Assembly: GCA_964016885.1 (NCBI GenBank)
Contig: OZ024743.1
Span: 57,908,001 to 57,972,000, forward strand
DNA length: 64,000 nt
Reading direction: 5' to 3'
Source of the DNA: Eledone cirrhosa
Taxonomy: Eukaryota
The first letter of the stretch is position 1. Each line of letters begins with the position of its first letter. The notes under the pieces are model-generated. The model was not told the DNA's origin. It made no database searches and saw only the letters and a list, made by a program, of their open reading frames with translations. Both the position numbers and the translations under genes were made by a program. Positions 54,249 to 64,000 of the stretch are shown one piece after another.

Positions 54249-56822
54249 GTGCCAATCTCGCCGCAAGCACGTCGGTTGCGACCCCTGTCCTAAACGCCTC
54301 TTCTAGCTTTCTGACTAGCTCTCCTTCTACTCTATTTTCTCTATCATTAGTCATTTGCTAAACCTAATCGACTCTACTTTAATTACCCTTTTCAGGGCGA
54401 ACCACCACCTGTTGTTGACGACCGCTCCCGTCAACGCCCGCTTAACTGATACGCTAATCCGGTCTCTGTAGGCTTTGCGCGCCGGGAAAGACGCGTTCAG
54501 CTTCCAGTGACCGGGCCCTTGTCTATAAAGTCTGTCTATGTCGATCGCACAGATCACAAATTTGTGGTCTGTGTAGTCGACTATTTTAAATTGTGGACAA
54601 CTTATACTAACATTATCTAGTTCTCTGCAGAATACCCTATCGAGATACGATCTGGATGATCCGATGCGGTTTGTTCATGTCCACATTGGCACATTCGGGT
54701 GATCCAGTCGATACCTGTCAGACAGTTCAAAATGTCTGAGCAGGCTGGTGAGTCTCTTGCACCCTCCTCCCCTATCCATTATCACCACACAATCCCAGCG
54801 TGCTTCCAAGATACCGTTCCAGTCGCAAGATACCGTTCCGGTTTCTAGACGTCTAAAGAAATCTGGCCGTCCTGACCCAGTTGGGGCGTAGACGGCTACT
54901 AGCCTGAAAGCATTGCCTTCGCTGCCGGTCACGTCCAGCACCACCGACTTACCTTCTGGGTCTAGGAGGATGGCCCGTATGGCGAGATCCAAGCCTCTCT
55001 GAAAAAGGACGGCAACCCCTCCCCTGGTACTGGACGGCTGGGAGATTCGTATACATCGTAGCCGCCGAAGATCGGTGCGAAGGCTCAAGCTTCGAAGCTT
55101 CTGGTCTCGCTGATGGCCACCACATCTCTGTTTAGTGACCTGAGGTCGTTGAGCGGTGACCCTGCTTCCAAGATGACCCCAGGCCACGTGCATTTATACT
55201 GCCTATTCTGAGTACGGCCATGTTGGATGAGAAACTGGGCAAGTGAGAAAAGGTCACTTACATTGATCGTGTGGTGAAGGGACAGTAGAACCGTCCATTT
55301 GGCTGGTCATGGGTGTTTCCAAGAGGATGTCAGTGTATATCCTCTTGGTAACCGACCCGCTGAAGTCTCCAACTGCGTTGGGGAATTCCTTCTTCCTCGC
55401 TGTCTTCTGCGGGAAAAAGGCCCTGGGGTGACCCTTTGACCAACAGAGATAACATTTTGGCCGTCTTCCTTCTACGCTTATAAGGAGTTGGAGTCCTTCC
55501 TCGATGTCTATGATATCGGGGATAGCGTCGATACATTCCTGGTCAGTTTGTATAAGCATTTGCATGCCTATACCTGACCAGTTCTCTCTCCCTATTTTCT
55601 CTACTTGCAGCATGGTCGTCCTGTCCTTGATTCCAGCAAGGACAGGCGCGGCCAGCCAAGGTATGGGCACGTCGGGTGGGGCCTGGGTCACTTTGACCCT
55701 CACAATTTTCTGCCCGCTGTAGGAGGGCACCAAGTCTATCTCCTCACTCTTTAGGGTTTCCAAAGACTTCGCTTCTTGGGGTGGATGGGGTGGGTGGGGG
55801 TGGGGGGCGAAAAGTTCATCTACTGTGGCGTACTTTCTGCCTCGGGTGATGTGGGTTTTGCGTTCCCAGACGCACCTCAAGGCCTTTTGGATTTGAGCCT
55901 CCGTGGCTCTCTCCACCCGATGTGAGATTTTGCTTACGGTGCGGTAAGTCACCGTCCGTAGCTGCTGGTCCTTGAAAAAATCGGGTGGAGGTTTCAGGGA
56001 GACTCTATTGGCGCTTCTTGTCACCATGGCCCTTGTGACTGCCATCTCCTCCTCTGTGACTAACACTGTTTCGATATTTCGGGCAACACCTACAAAAGAA
56101 GTGGTCCCTCTTTCAGCAGCACCACTATTGCTGCCGCTACTGGTCTTACTGGTGGTGCTGAGATCGCTGTTACAGGTATCGATGTCATTGTTGATGTTTT
56201 CGTTGGTACTGTTATTGTTTTCGGTGATACTGTTGCTGTTGTTACTGTTATTGTGGCTGTTGTTATTATTGCTGTTTTTGTTGATACTGTTCCTACTATT
56301 ATTGTTGTTGTGGCTGTTGTTACTGTCATTGTTATTGTCGTTCTCGACCCTACCGCTGTTATTTTTGATGTTGCTGTGGTTATTGATGGTGTTCTTGTTG
56401 GTGTTATTGTTGGTGTTGTTTGTGTTAGAAATATTTGGTGATTTTAAATCTGTAACAGTATCATTGAAAATGCTATTGTTCCTCTTTCTCTTCGTCATAT
56501 TTTCTTTTAAATTTACCTTCGCTGGAACGCTGTCTTGTTGACATGCTGACAAAGTCTCCTTCTCTCTGTGTTGTCTGACAGTGCTCTCTCTCTTTCTTGT
56601 GTTATCCATGTTGAAAGAAATTTTTTTCAAATAATATTTTTACACAATATGACACCCCGTAAAGGGGTGCCGTATTATTTACGAGTGAACCTCTGTATTA
56701 GGTGGGTCACTTCTTCTAAACTTTTATCAAGTTTGAAACTTGAATAAAAGGTTTAGAACGGTTGAAAACGAAGTGAACTGTTGAAAAAAACTGGAGGCGA
56801 TAAGAAGCGTGGCTTCACCTTG
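54249..56822 (-). mobile_element. Second Tx1-group family, 5' half (ORF1 and endonuclease), 3' truncated
   Basis: ORF2 start MAVLRIGSINARG at 55221, AFRLVAVYAPTG, GPGHWKLN; 5' end abuts (TAA)n. Confidence 0.9.
55254..56609 (-). CDS. Tx1-group ORF1 protein (~451 aa), Asn-rich N-terminus, zinc knuckle
   Basis: Open frame from ATG 56609; EGRRPKCYLCWSKGHPRAFFP aligns to EGRRPHCFVCGEVMHLHAFCP, with the last Cys lost. Confidence 0.75.
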   Translation of the reverse strand: MDNTRKRESTVRQHREKETLSACQQDSVPAKVNLKENMTKRKRNNSIFNDTVTDLKSPNISNTNNTNNNTNKNTINNHSNIKNNSGRVENDNNNDSNNSHNNNNSRNSINKNSNNNNSHNNSNNSNSITENNNSTNENINNDIDTCNSDLSTTSKTSSGSNSGAAERGTTSFVGVARNIETVLVTEEEMAVTRAMVTRSANRVSLKPPPDFFKDQQLRTVTYRTVSKISHRVERATEAQIQKALRCVWERKTHITRGRKYATVDELFAPHPHPPHPPQEAKSLETLKSEEIDLVPSYSGQKIVRVKVTQAPPDVPIPWLAAPVLAGIKDRTTMLQVEKIGRENWSGIGMQMLIQTDQECIDAIPDIIDIEEGLQLLISVEGRRPKCYLCWSKGHPRAFFPQKTARKKEFPNAVGDFSGSVTKRIYTDILLETPMTSQMDGSTVPSPHDQCK

Positions 56823-56846
56823 AATAATAATAATAGTAATAATAAC

Positions 56847-56887
<41 letters not shown>

Positions 56888-56888
56888 G

Positions 56889-59800
56889 ATTAGCTTGGAG
56901 ATGGAGGGTGGAGTATGCCAGGCAAACGAGCCAGTGGGAAATGAAGGTGAAGAGGTCGAGAGAATGGAGGAACCACCCGAAGCAGACAATGATCTGAATA
57001 CTGAGATAAATAATACCTGGAACAGAGATACGGCCACTGAGGAGAAGAATGCTGACGGGCTAGGACAAGATTTGGTTGATATCCTAAATTTAGTGGTAGA
57101 TGAATTGAACAATGATAGTGGGAGACCTATGAACCTAAGATTTGTAGACAGGAAAAAGTTAAAAGAAACAACAGCTAAGGTAAACAAAGTCATCCCATAC
57201 CTTGAGGCGAGGAGCCTTCACCAGTGCAACAATATCCTCAAAGCAACAGCAAATACGGTGAGGAAACTACTTGGTATAGAAGCGAGAGGAAACAACAGAC
57301 AAGAAAGAGCAGAGCCTTGGTGGAAGAAACGACTGAGTGGTCAAATCATGGAAATGAGAAATGACATTGGAAAGCTTGAGTCCCTACTGAATGGGACACT
57401 AAAAAACATAGACACTAAAAATAGACTGGAAATAAAGTACAAAACTAGGAGGAAAAAGCTAAATATTATCATAGAGGAACTGAAGCAACGCATTGTAGCA
57501 AAGAGTGCAAAAATCAGGCGATACGAGAACAGAGTCAGTCAGTATAAACAGAACCGCATGTTCGACAACAACCAGAAGATGCTGTTTGGACAGCTTGAAG
57601 GGAAAGAAAGAGGCAACTAAAATATTCTGGAGAGGAATATGGGAGCAGGATGTTAGACATAATGACCAGGCAGTGTGGATTGAGACAGTACAGAAGGAGA
57701 TCAGTGAACAGGCACACCAACAAACTGATTTGAGTATCACAGTTGAAACTCTTAAGGGGCAGGCCAAAAAACTAACCAACTGGAAATCACCAGGCCCAGA
57801 TGGTGTGCAGGGGTATTGGATTAAAAATATAACATCCCTCCACCCGAAACTGACAACCATGTTCAATGACTGCTTGATGTCAGGTGGGGTACCAGAGTGG
57901 TTGACAAAAGGTACCACAGTTCTGATAATGAAAGACCGAATCAAGGGTAATGATGTTACCAACTATAGACCTATCACATGTCTGTCCGTAATGTGGAAAC
58001 TGTTGACGAGCATTGTGTCTGAGGAAATCTACCATCACCTCCACACAAACAACTTGTTACCGGACGAACAGAAAGGATGCCGAAAGAAGTCACGTGGTAC
58101 AAAGGACCAGTTACTTATTGATAATATGGTAATGGGGAATTGCAAGAGGAGACACACTGATCTTGCCATGGGATGGATAGACTACAGAAAGGCATTTGAC
58201 ATGGTGCCTCATTCTTGGATCACCAAAAGCCTGGAGATCTTCAAGGTGGCAGACAACATCAGACAGTTGTTGGGCAAAAGTATGAGGTCCTGGGAAACAG
58301 AGTTGACATCAACTGGAGAATCCTTGGGAAGCGTGAAGATCAAGAGAGGTATCTTCCAGGGAGATAGCCTGGCCCCTCTGTTGTTTGTCGTTGCCCTGAT
58401 GCCCCTGACCAGTGTACTGCGAAAAGTGAGAGCAGGATACAGGTTGGGAAAGGGAGGGCTTACCATCAATCACCTCCTCTTCATGGACGATCTTAAGCTC
58501 TTCGGGAAGAGTGAGGAGGAGTTGGATGTGCTTGTTGACACTGTCCGTATTTTCAGCAGTGATATATGTATGCAATTTGGTATTAGTAAGTGTGGAGTCA
58601 TTGTGATGAGGAGGGGTAGGTTGAGCAGAAGTAACGGAATCCAGATACCAACAGGTGAGATGATAAAGGAAATTGACTCTGAGGAAGGATACAAGTATTT
58701 GGGCGTTCTGGAGGCTGATGGCATAAAGAACAAAAAAATGAAGGAATTGTTAAGAACTGAATACATTCGGAGAGTAAGGAGCGTATTGAAGTCACATCTG
58801 AACAGCAGAAATGCCATAAGCGCAGTAAATTCCCGAGCTGTGTCTATTATTAGGTACAGTGCGGGAATTCTGAGATGGAATGTTGCTGAACAAAAAGAAA
58901 TGGATAGGAAGACTAGGAAGCTATTGACTATCTACAACATGTTCCACAAGAGCAGTGATGTCGATAGACTCTACTTAAGGAGATCTGAGGGTGGAAGAGG
59001 TCTTATCAGCATAGAGGACTGTGTTCAGATGGAGAAAAACAACCTGCACAAATACGTGACTGATAGTAAGGAGCCAATGCTCAGAACTGTACTGAAGGAG
59101 GGGACAATAGGCCAGGGGATGTCCAAGGAGGAAATAACATCAAGGAGAAAGAGCAGCCTTCAGGAAAAATCCCTTCATAGTACCTTCTTTGAGAAAACTG
59201 AATTTAGAGATCCACAGACATGGAACTGGTTGAAAAGAGGAGACCTTAAAAAGGCTACAGAAGGAATGTTAATGGCTGCGCAGGAGCAGGCCCTCAAAAC
59301 GAAGTGGTTGAAACACCATATTTACAAGGAGGAGGCTAGCCCACTGTGCAGAGAGAGAGGAGACTGTGGCTCACATTGTATCCGAGTGTAAACACCTAGC
59401 CCAGACCCACTATAAGGGCTGGAGACATGATGTGATGGGCAGGGTGATCCACTGGCACCTGTGCAAAGTAAACAATTTACCACATTCTGAGAAATGGTAT
59501 GAGCATAAGCCAGAGGCAGTGATAGAGAGCGATCAGGTGAAGGTGCTGTGGGATTTTAGGATACAGACGGACAAGAAACTGGACACAATAGACCTGACCT
59601 GGTGGTTGTGGACAAAGAAAAAAGATCGTGCCTGATTGTGGATGTGGCCTGCCCATTCGACACGAGAGTGCAAGAGAAGGAGAGGGAGAAAATTAACCGA
59701 TACCAGGACTTAAAGTGGGAGGTAAAAAGGATTTGGAACTGCCATGAAGTCAAAGTGATCCCGATTGTCATAGGCGCACTGGGGACTATCTCCAAAAGTT

Positions 59801-59982
59801 TCCAGGGATGGTTAAAGAAAATCGGCCCCTTCACGTTTTTGGAACGCTTCAAAACGCACGCTTGCTGGGAACAGCAAGAACCCTCCGATACGTCCTGAAT
59901 ATCTGAGGCTGCAGGTAGTGGCTTGATATTCATTCCAACAAACTTTCCAGTTAACTAACATCAATGACTGAGACTCAAGGAG
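56889..59982 (+). mobile_element. R4/Dong-clade LINE, 5'-truncated, inactive
   Basis: NWKSPGPDG, YRPITCL, DYRKAFD, RGIFQGDSL, HLLFMDDLKL, RPD..D endonuclease; 26, 11 and 1 bp deletions versus the next copy; (TAA)n on both sides. Confidence 0.95.
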
Positions 59983-59989
59983 TAATAAC

Positions 59990-60032
<43 letters not shown>

Positions 60033-60924
60033 GTAATAATAATAATAATAAAAAAAAAAAAAAAAAAAATGGCTATAAATGGAAGAAGAAGAAGAACCCC
60101 CCCCCTCCTCTCCTCTGGCTACACTATATAGGACAGCTAAACTCACCAACACCAGAAACTAGATACACCACCCACCCCATCATCTGTGTACACTAAACAC
60201 AACAGCATTTTCACCTTCACCGCCACCGCTCACTACGGCCATCATTACCACCACTATCCCATCACCGCCGCCACCACCCCTTGACTCCTTCACTGCTGCT
60301 GCCACCGCTACAGCACCATCACTACAGTAATACGGTCGCATCACCGCCACCACTGCCTCGGTATCGACATCACCACCACCACTGTCTCAGTATCGCCAAC
60401 GCTGCCAGTCTCCAACTTCTCCATGCTGGCTGCCACTTCCACATTATAGAATTCCTACTACTAACAAAGAGGAAGGCATCAAAATATATAGATAGACTCA
60501 AAAGAAAAAAGAAAAAACAAACAACAAAACCAAAGCAGCACAGCAACAACAGCAAAAAACGAGAAAAACAAACAGAGAAAAACAAAAACAAAAAAAGAAA
60601 CCCCCAAAACGTAAAGAAAATAAGAATGAAGAGAGAAGCAGGCGGACGGACAGAGAGGAGGGGGGAAAAAGTAAAACTTAAAAAACAAAAACTAAGTCAG
60701 ACATTCGAATACTACATTACAATGAAACTTATGCTTATTCATTTTTGGGGCCCTTTCTGCCCGTGTGTTTGTTTGTTTATGTGTGTCCGTATACAGCGTG
60801 GTGATAATGCCACACAAGGGCCAAGTGGGATGGCGGATCCACAGATGGCTATGTAAACATACATTCGCCAATCCTCGATGAGAGTGTTTAAATATCGAAC
60901 ATAAACAGTTCGAATAACGGTGAA

Positions 60925-63900
60925 ATGGAGACTAGAACGTCATGTGACAGACTCTCACCCAACAGGTGCCCCCTGGCTCAGCAGCAGGAACCTGACTGTC
61001 AACCAAATACTGCTGATGTTGGAGGAAGAAGAAGAAGGAAAGGGGCCAGAGCCAACTGGACGAAAGAATTGAATAGAACTGTTATGCAATGCTACCTGAA
61101 AAGTAACCCCAAGGAGAGGGGCTACAGGAGACGGATGCATAACATCTGGAACGAGATTGGTTTATTTAAATTAGATGAACAAAAATTGGCCGGGCAGGCT
61201 CGGGTAATAAGAACTAATGGGTGGATAAGCGAGCTGGAACTGGAGGAACTGAGCAGAGAGAATGGCTTGGAGATGGCGGGTGTAGTATGCCAGACAAGCG
61301 AGCCGGCGGGAAATGAAGGTGAGGAGATCCTGAGAACGGAGGAACCACCCGAAGCAGACAATGATCTGAATACTGAGAAAAATAATACCTGGAACAGAGA
61401 TACGGCCACTGAGGAGATGAATGCTGACGGGCTAGGACAAGATTCGGTTGACATCCTAAATTTAGTGGTAGATGAGTTGAACAATGATAGTGGGAGACCT
61501 ATGAACCTAAGATTTGTAGACAGGAAAAAGTTAAAAGAAACAACAGCTAAGGTAAACAAAGTCATCCCATACCTTGAGGCGAGGAGTCTTCACCAGTGCA
61601 ACAATATCCTCAAAGCAACAGCAAATACGGTGAGGAAACTACTTGGTATAAAAGCGAGAGGAAACAACAGACAAGAAAGAGCAGAGCCGTGGTGGAAGAA
61701 GCGACTGAGTGGGCAAATCGGGGAAATGAGAAATGACATAGGAAAGCTTGAGTCACTACTGAATGGGACACTAAAAAACATAGGCACTAAAAATAGACTG
61801 GAAATAAAATACAAAACTAGGAGTAAAAAGCTAAATATTATCATAGAGGAATTGAAGCAACGCATTGTAGCAAAGAGTGCCAAAATCAGGCGATACGAGA
61901 ACAGAGTCAGTCAGTATAAACAGAACCGCATGTTCGACAACAACCAGAAGATGCTGTTTGGACAGCTTGAGGGGAAAGAAAGAGGCAACGACTTGATCCC
62001 TGGGGCGGAACAAGCTAAAACATTCTGGAGAGGAATATGGGAGCAGGATGTTAGACACAATGCCCAGGCAGGGTGGATTGAGACAGTACAGAGGGAGATC
62101 GGTGAGCAGGCACAACAACAGACTGATTTGAGTATCACAGTTGAAACTCTTAAGGGGCAAGCCAAAAAACTAACCAACTGGAAATCACCAGGCCCAGATG
62201 GTGTGCAGGGGTATTGGATTAAACATTTAACATCCCTCCACCCGAAGCTGACGGCCATGTTCAATGACTGCTTGGTGTCGGGTGAGGTGCCAGAGTGGTT
62301 GACAAAAGGTACCACAGTTCTGATAATGAAAGACCGAATCAAGGGTAATGATGTTACCAACTATAGACCTATCACATGTCTGCCCGTAATGTGGAAACTG
62401 TTGACGAGCATTGTGTCTGAGGAAATCTACCATCACCTCCACACAAACAACTTGTTACCGGACGAACAGAAAGGATGCCGAAAGAAGTCACGTGGTACAA
62501 AGGACCAGTTGCTTATTGATAAGATGGTAATGGGGAATTGCAGGAGGAGACACACTGATCTTGCCATGGGATGGATAGACTACAGAAAGGCATTTGACAT
62601 GGTGCCTCATTCCTGGATCACCAAAAGCCTGGAGATCTTCAGGGTGGCAGATAACATCAGACAGTTGCTGGGCAGGAGTATGGGGTCCTGGGAGACAGAG
62701 TTGACATCAACTGGAGTATCCTTGGGAAGCGTGAAGATCAAGAGAGGTATCTTCCAGGGAGATAGCCTGTCCCCTCTGTTGTTTGTCCTTGCCCTGATGC
62801 CCTTGACCATTATGCTGCGAAAAGGGAGAGCAGGATACAAGTTGGGAAGGGGAGAGCTTACCATCAATCACCTCCTCTTCATGGACGATCTTAAGCTCTT
62901 CGGGAAAAGTGAGAAGGAGTTGGATGTGCTTGTTGACACTGTCCGTATTTTTAGCAGTGATATATGTATGCAGTTTGGTATTGGTAAATGTGGAGTCATT
63001 GTGATGAAGAGGGGTAGGTTGAGCAGAAGTAACGGGATCCAGATACCAACAGGTGAGATGATAAAGGAAATTGACTCTGAGGAGGGATACAAGTATTTGG
63101 GCGTTCTGGAGGCTGATGGCATAAAGAACCAAAAAATGAAGGAATTGTTAAGAACTGAATACATTCGGAGAGTAAGGAGCATATTGAAGTCACATCTGAA
63201 CAGCAGAAATGCCATAAGCGCAGTAAATTCCCGAGCTGTGTCTATTATTAGGTACAGTGCGGGAATTCTGAGATGGAATGTTGCTGAACAAAAAGAAATG
63301 GATAGGAAGACTAGGAAGCTATTGACTATCTACAACATGTTCCACAAGAGGAGTGATGTCGATAGACTCTACCTAAGGAGATCTGAGGGTGGAAGAGGTC
63401 TTATCAGCATAGAGGACTGTGTTCAGATGGAGAAAAACAACCTATACAAATACGTGACCTATAGTAAGGAGCCAATGCTCAGAGCTGTACTGAAGGAGGG
63501 GACAGTAGGCCAGGGGATATCCAAGGAGGAAATAACATCAAGGAGGAAGAGCAGCCTTAAGGGAAAATCCCTTCATAGTACCTTCTTTGAGAAAACTGAA
63601 TTTAGAGATCCACAGACATGGAACTGGTTGAGAAGAGGAGACCTCAAAAAGGCTACAGAAGGAATGCTAATGGCTGCGCAGGAGCAGGTCCTCAAAACGA
63701 AGTGGTTGAAGCACCATATCTACAAGGAGGAGGCTAGCCCACTGTGCAGGATCTGTGGAGAGAGAGAGGAGACTGTGGCTCACATTGTATCCGAGTGTAA
63801 ACACCTAGCCCAGACCCACTATAAGGGCTGGAGACACGATGTGATGGGCAGGGTGATCCACTGGCACCTGTGCAAAGTAAACAATCTACCACATTCTGAG

Positions 63901-64000
63901 AAATGGTATGAGCATAGGCCAGAGGCGGTGATGGAGAACAGTCAGGCGAAGGTGCTGTGGGATTTTAGGATACAGACGGACAAAAAACTGGAACACAATA
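60925..64000 (+). CDS. R4/Dong-clade LINE ORF (RT, CCHC, start of RLE), uninterrupted, runs off window
   Basis: Manual translation from ATG 60925 shows no stop to 64000: WTKELNRTVMQCY..RGYRRRM..IW N-domain, FMDD RT, CRICGEREETVAHIVSEC, RHD, WDFRIQTD. Confidence 0.93.
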   Translation, partial: METRTSCDRLSPNRCPLAQQQEPDCQPNTADVGGRRRRKGARANWTKELNRTVMQCYLKSNPKERGYRRRMHNIWNEIGLFKLDEQKLAGQARVIRTNGWISELELEELSRENGLEMAGVVCQTSEPAGNEGEEILRTEEPPEADNDLNTEKNNTWNRDTATEEMNADGLGQDSVDILNLVVDELNNDSGRPMNLRFVDRKKLKETTAKVNKVIPYLEARSLHQCNNILKATANTVRKLLGIKARGNNRQERAEPWWKKRLSGQIGEMRNDIGKLESLLNGTLKNIGTKNRLEIKYKTRSKKLNIIIEELKQRIVAKSAKIRRYENRVSQYKQNRMFDNNQKMLFGQLEGKERGNDLIPGAEQAKTFWRGIWEQDVRHNAQAGWIETVQREIGEQAQQQTDLSITVETLKGQAKKLTNWKSPGPDGVQGYWIKHLTSLHPKLTAMFNDCLVSGEVPEWLTKGTTVLIMKDRIKGNDVTNYRPITCLPVMWKLLTSIVSEEIYHHLHTNNLLPDEQKGCRKKSRGTKDQLLIDKMVMGNCRRRHTDLAMGWIDYRKAFDMVPHSWITKSLEIFRVADNIRQLLGRSMGSWETELTSTGVSLGSVKIKRGIFQGDSLSPLLFVLALMPLTIMLRKGRAGYKLGRGELTINHLLFMDDLKLFGKSEKELDVLVDTVRIFSSDICMQFGIGKCGVIVMKRGRLSRSNGIQIPTGEMIKEIDSEEGYKYLGVLEADGIKNQKMKELLRTEYIRRVRSILKSHLNSRNAISAVNSRAVSIIRYSAGILRWNVAEQKEMDRKTRKLLTIYNMFHKRSDVDRLYLRRSEGGRGLISIEDCVQMEKNNLYKYVTYSKEPMLRAVLKEGTVGQGISKEEITSRRKSSLKGKSLHSTFFEKTEFRDPQTWNWLRRGDLKKATEGMLMAAQEQVLKTKWLKHHIYKEEASPLCRICGEREETVAHIVSECKHLAQTHYKGWRHDVMGRVIHWHLCKVNNLPHSEKWYEHRPEAVMENSQAKVLWDFRIQTDKKLEHN

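Noticed and set aside
55972-56541. Leu-rich membrane-like ORF
   Set aside because: Antisense shadow of the Asn-rich Tx1 ORF1.
56781-56890. Poly-Asn N-terminus on the Dong ORF
   Set aside because: Flanking (AAT)n target happens to be in frame with a 5'-truncated copy; absent from the intact copy.

Overview
Gene-poor eukaryotic DNA made almost entirely of retroelements and microsatellites; the repeat content suggests a coleoid cephalopod, probably Octopus (inference). No host gene, rRNA, true tRNA or CRISPR array is supported, and most ORF-track entries are microsatellite artefacts. Contents: four Tx1/L1-group LINE copies, three R4/Dong-clade LINEs (one with an uninterrupted ORF of at least 1025 codons from 60925 off the window end, absent from the ORF track), RTE fragments, three tRNA-derived SINE families, a TA-flanked MITE and a Helitron-like element. 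The most interesting layer is a set of Penelope-like elements (PLEs, probably Naiad-like) and their small non-coding fold-back derivatives embedded in (TA)n/(CA)n tracts. They carry type I hammerhead ribozyme motifs of unusual design: a compensatory U3-A8 core (UUGANAA), 45-80 nt stem II regions, and U-U or A-A at 10.1/11.1. One PLE endonuclease remnant has an in-frame UGA exactly at a conserved Cys, followed by a degenerate SECIS-shaped hairpin. Coordinates were read by eye and element boundaries are approximate.
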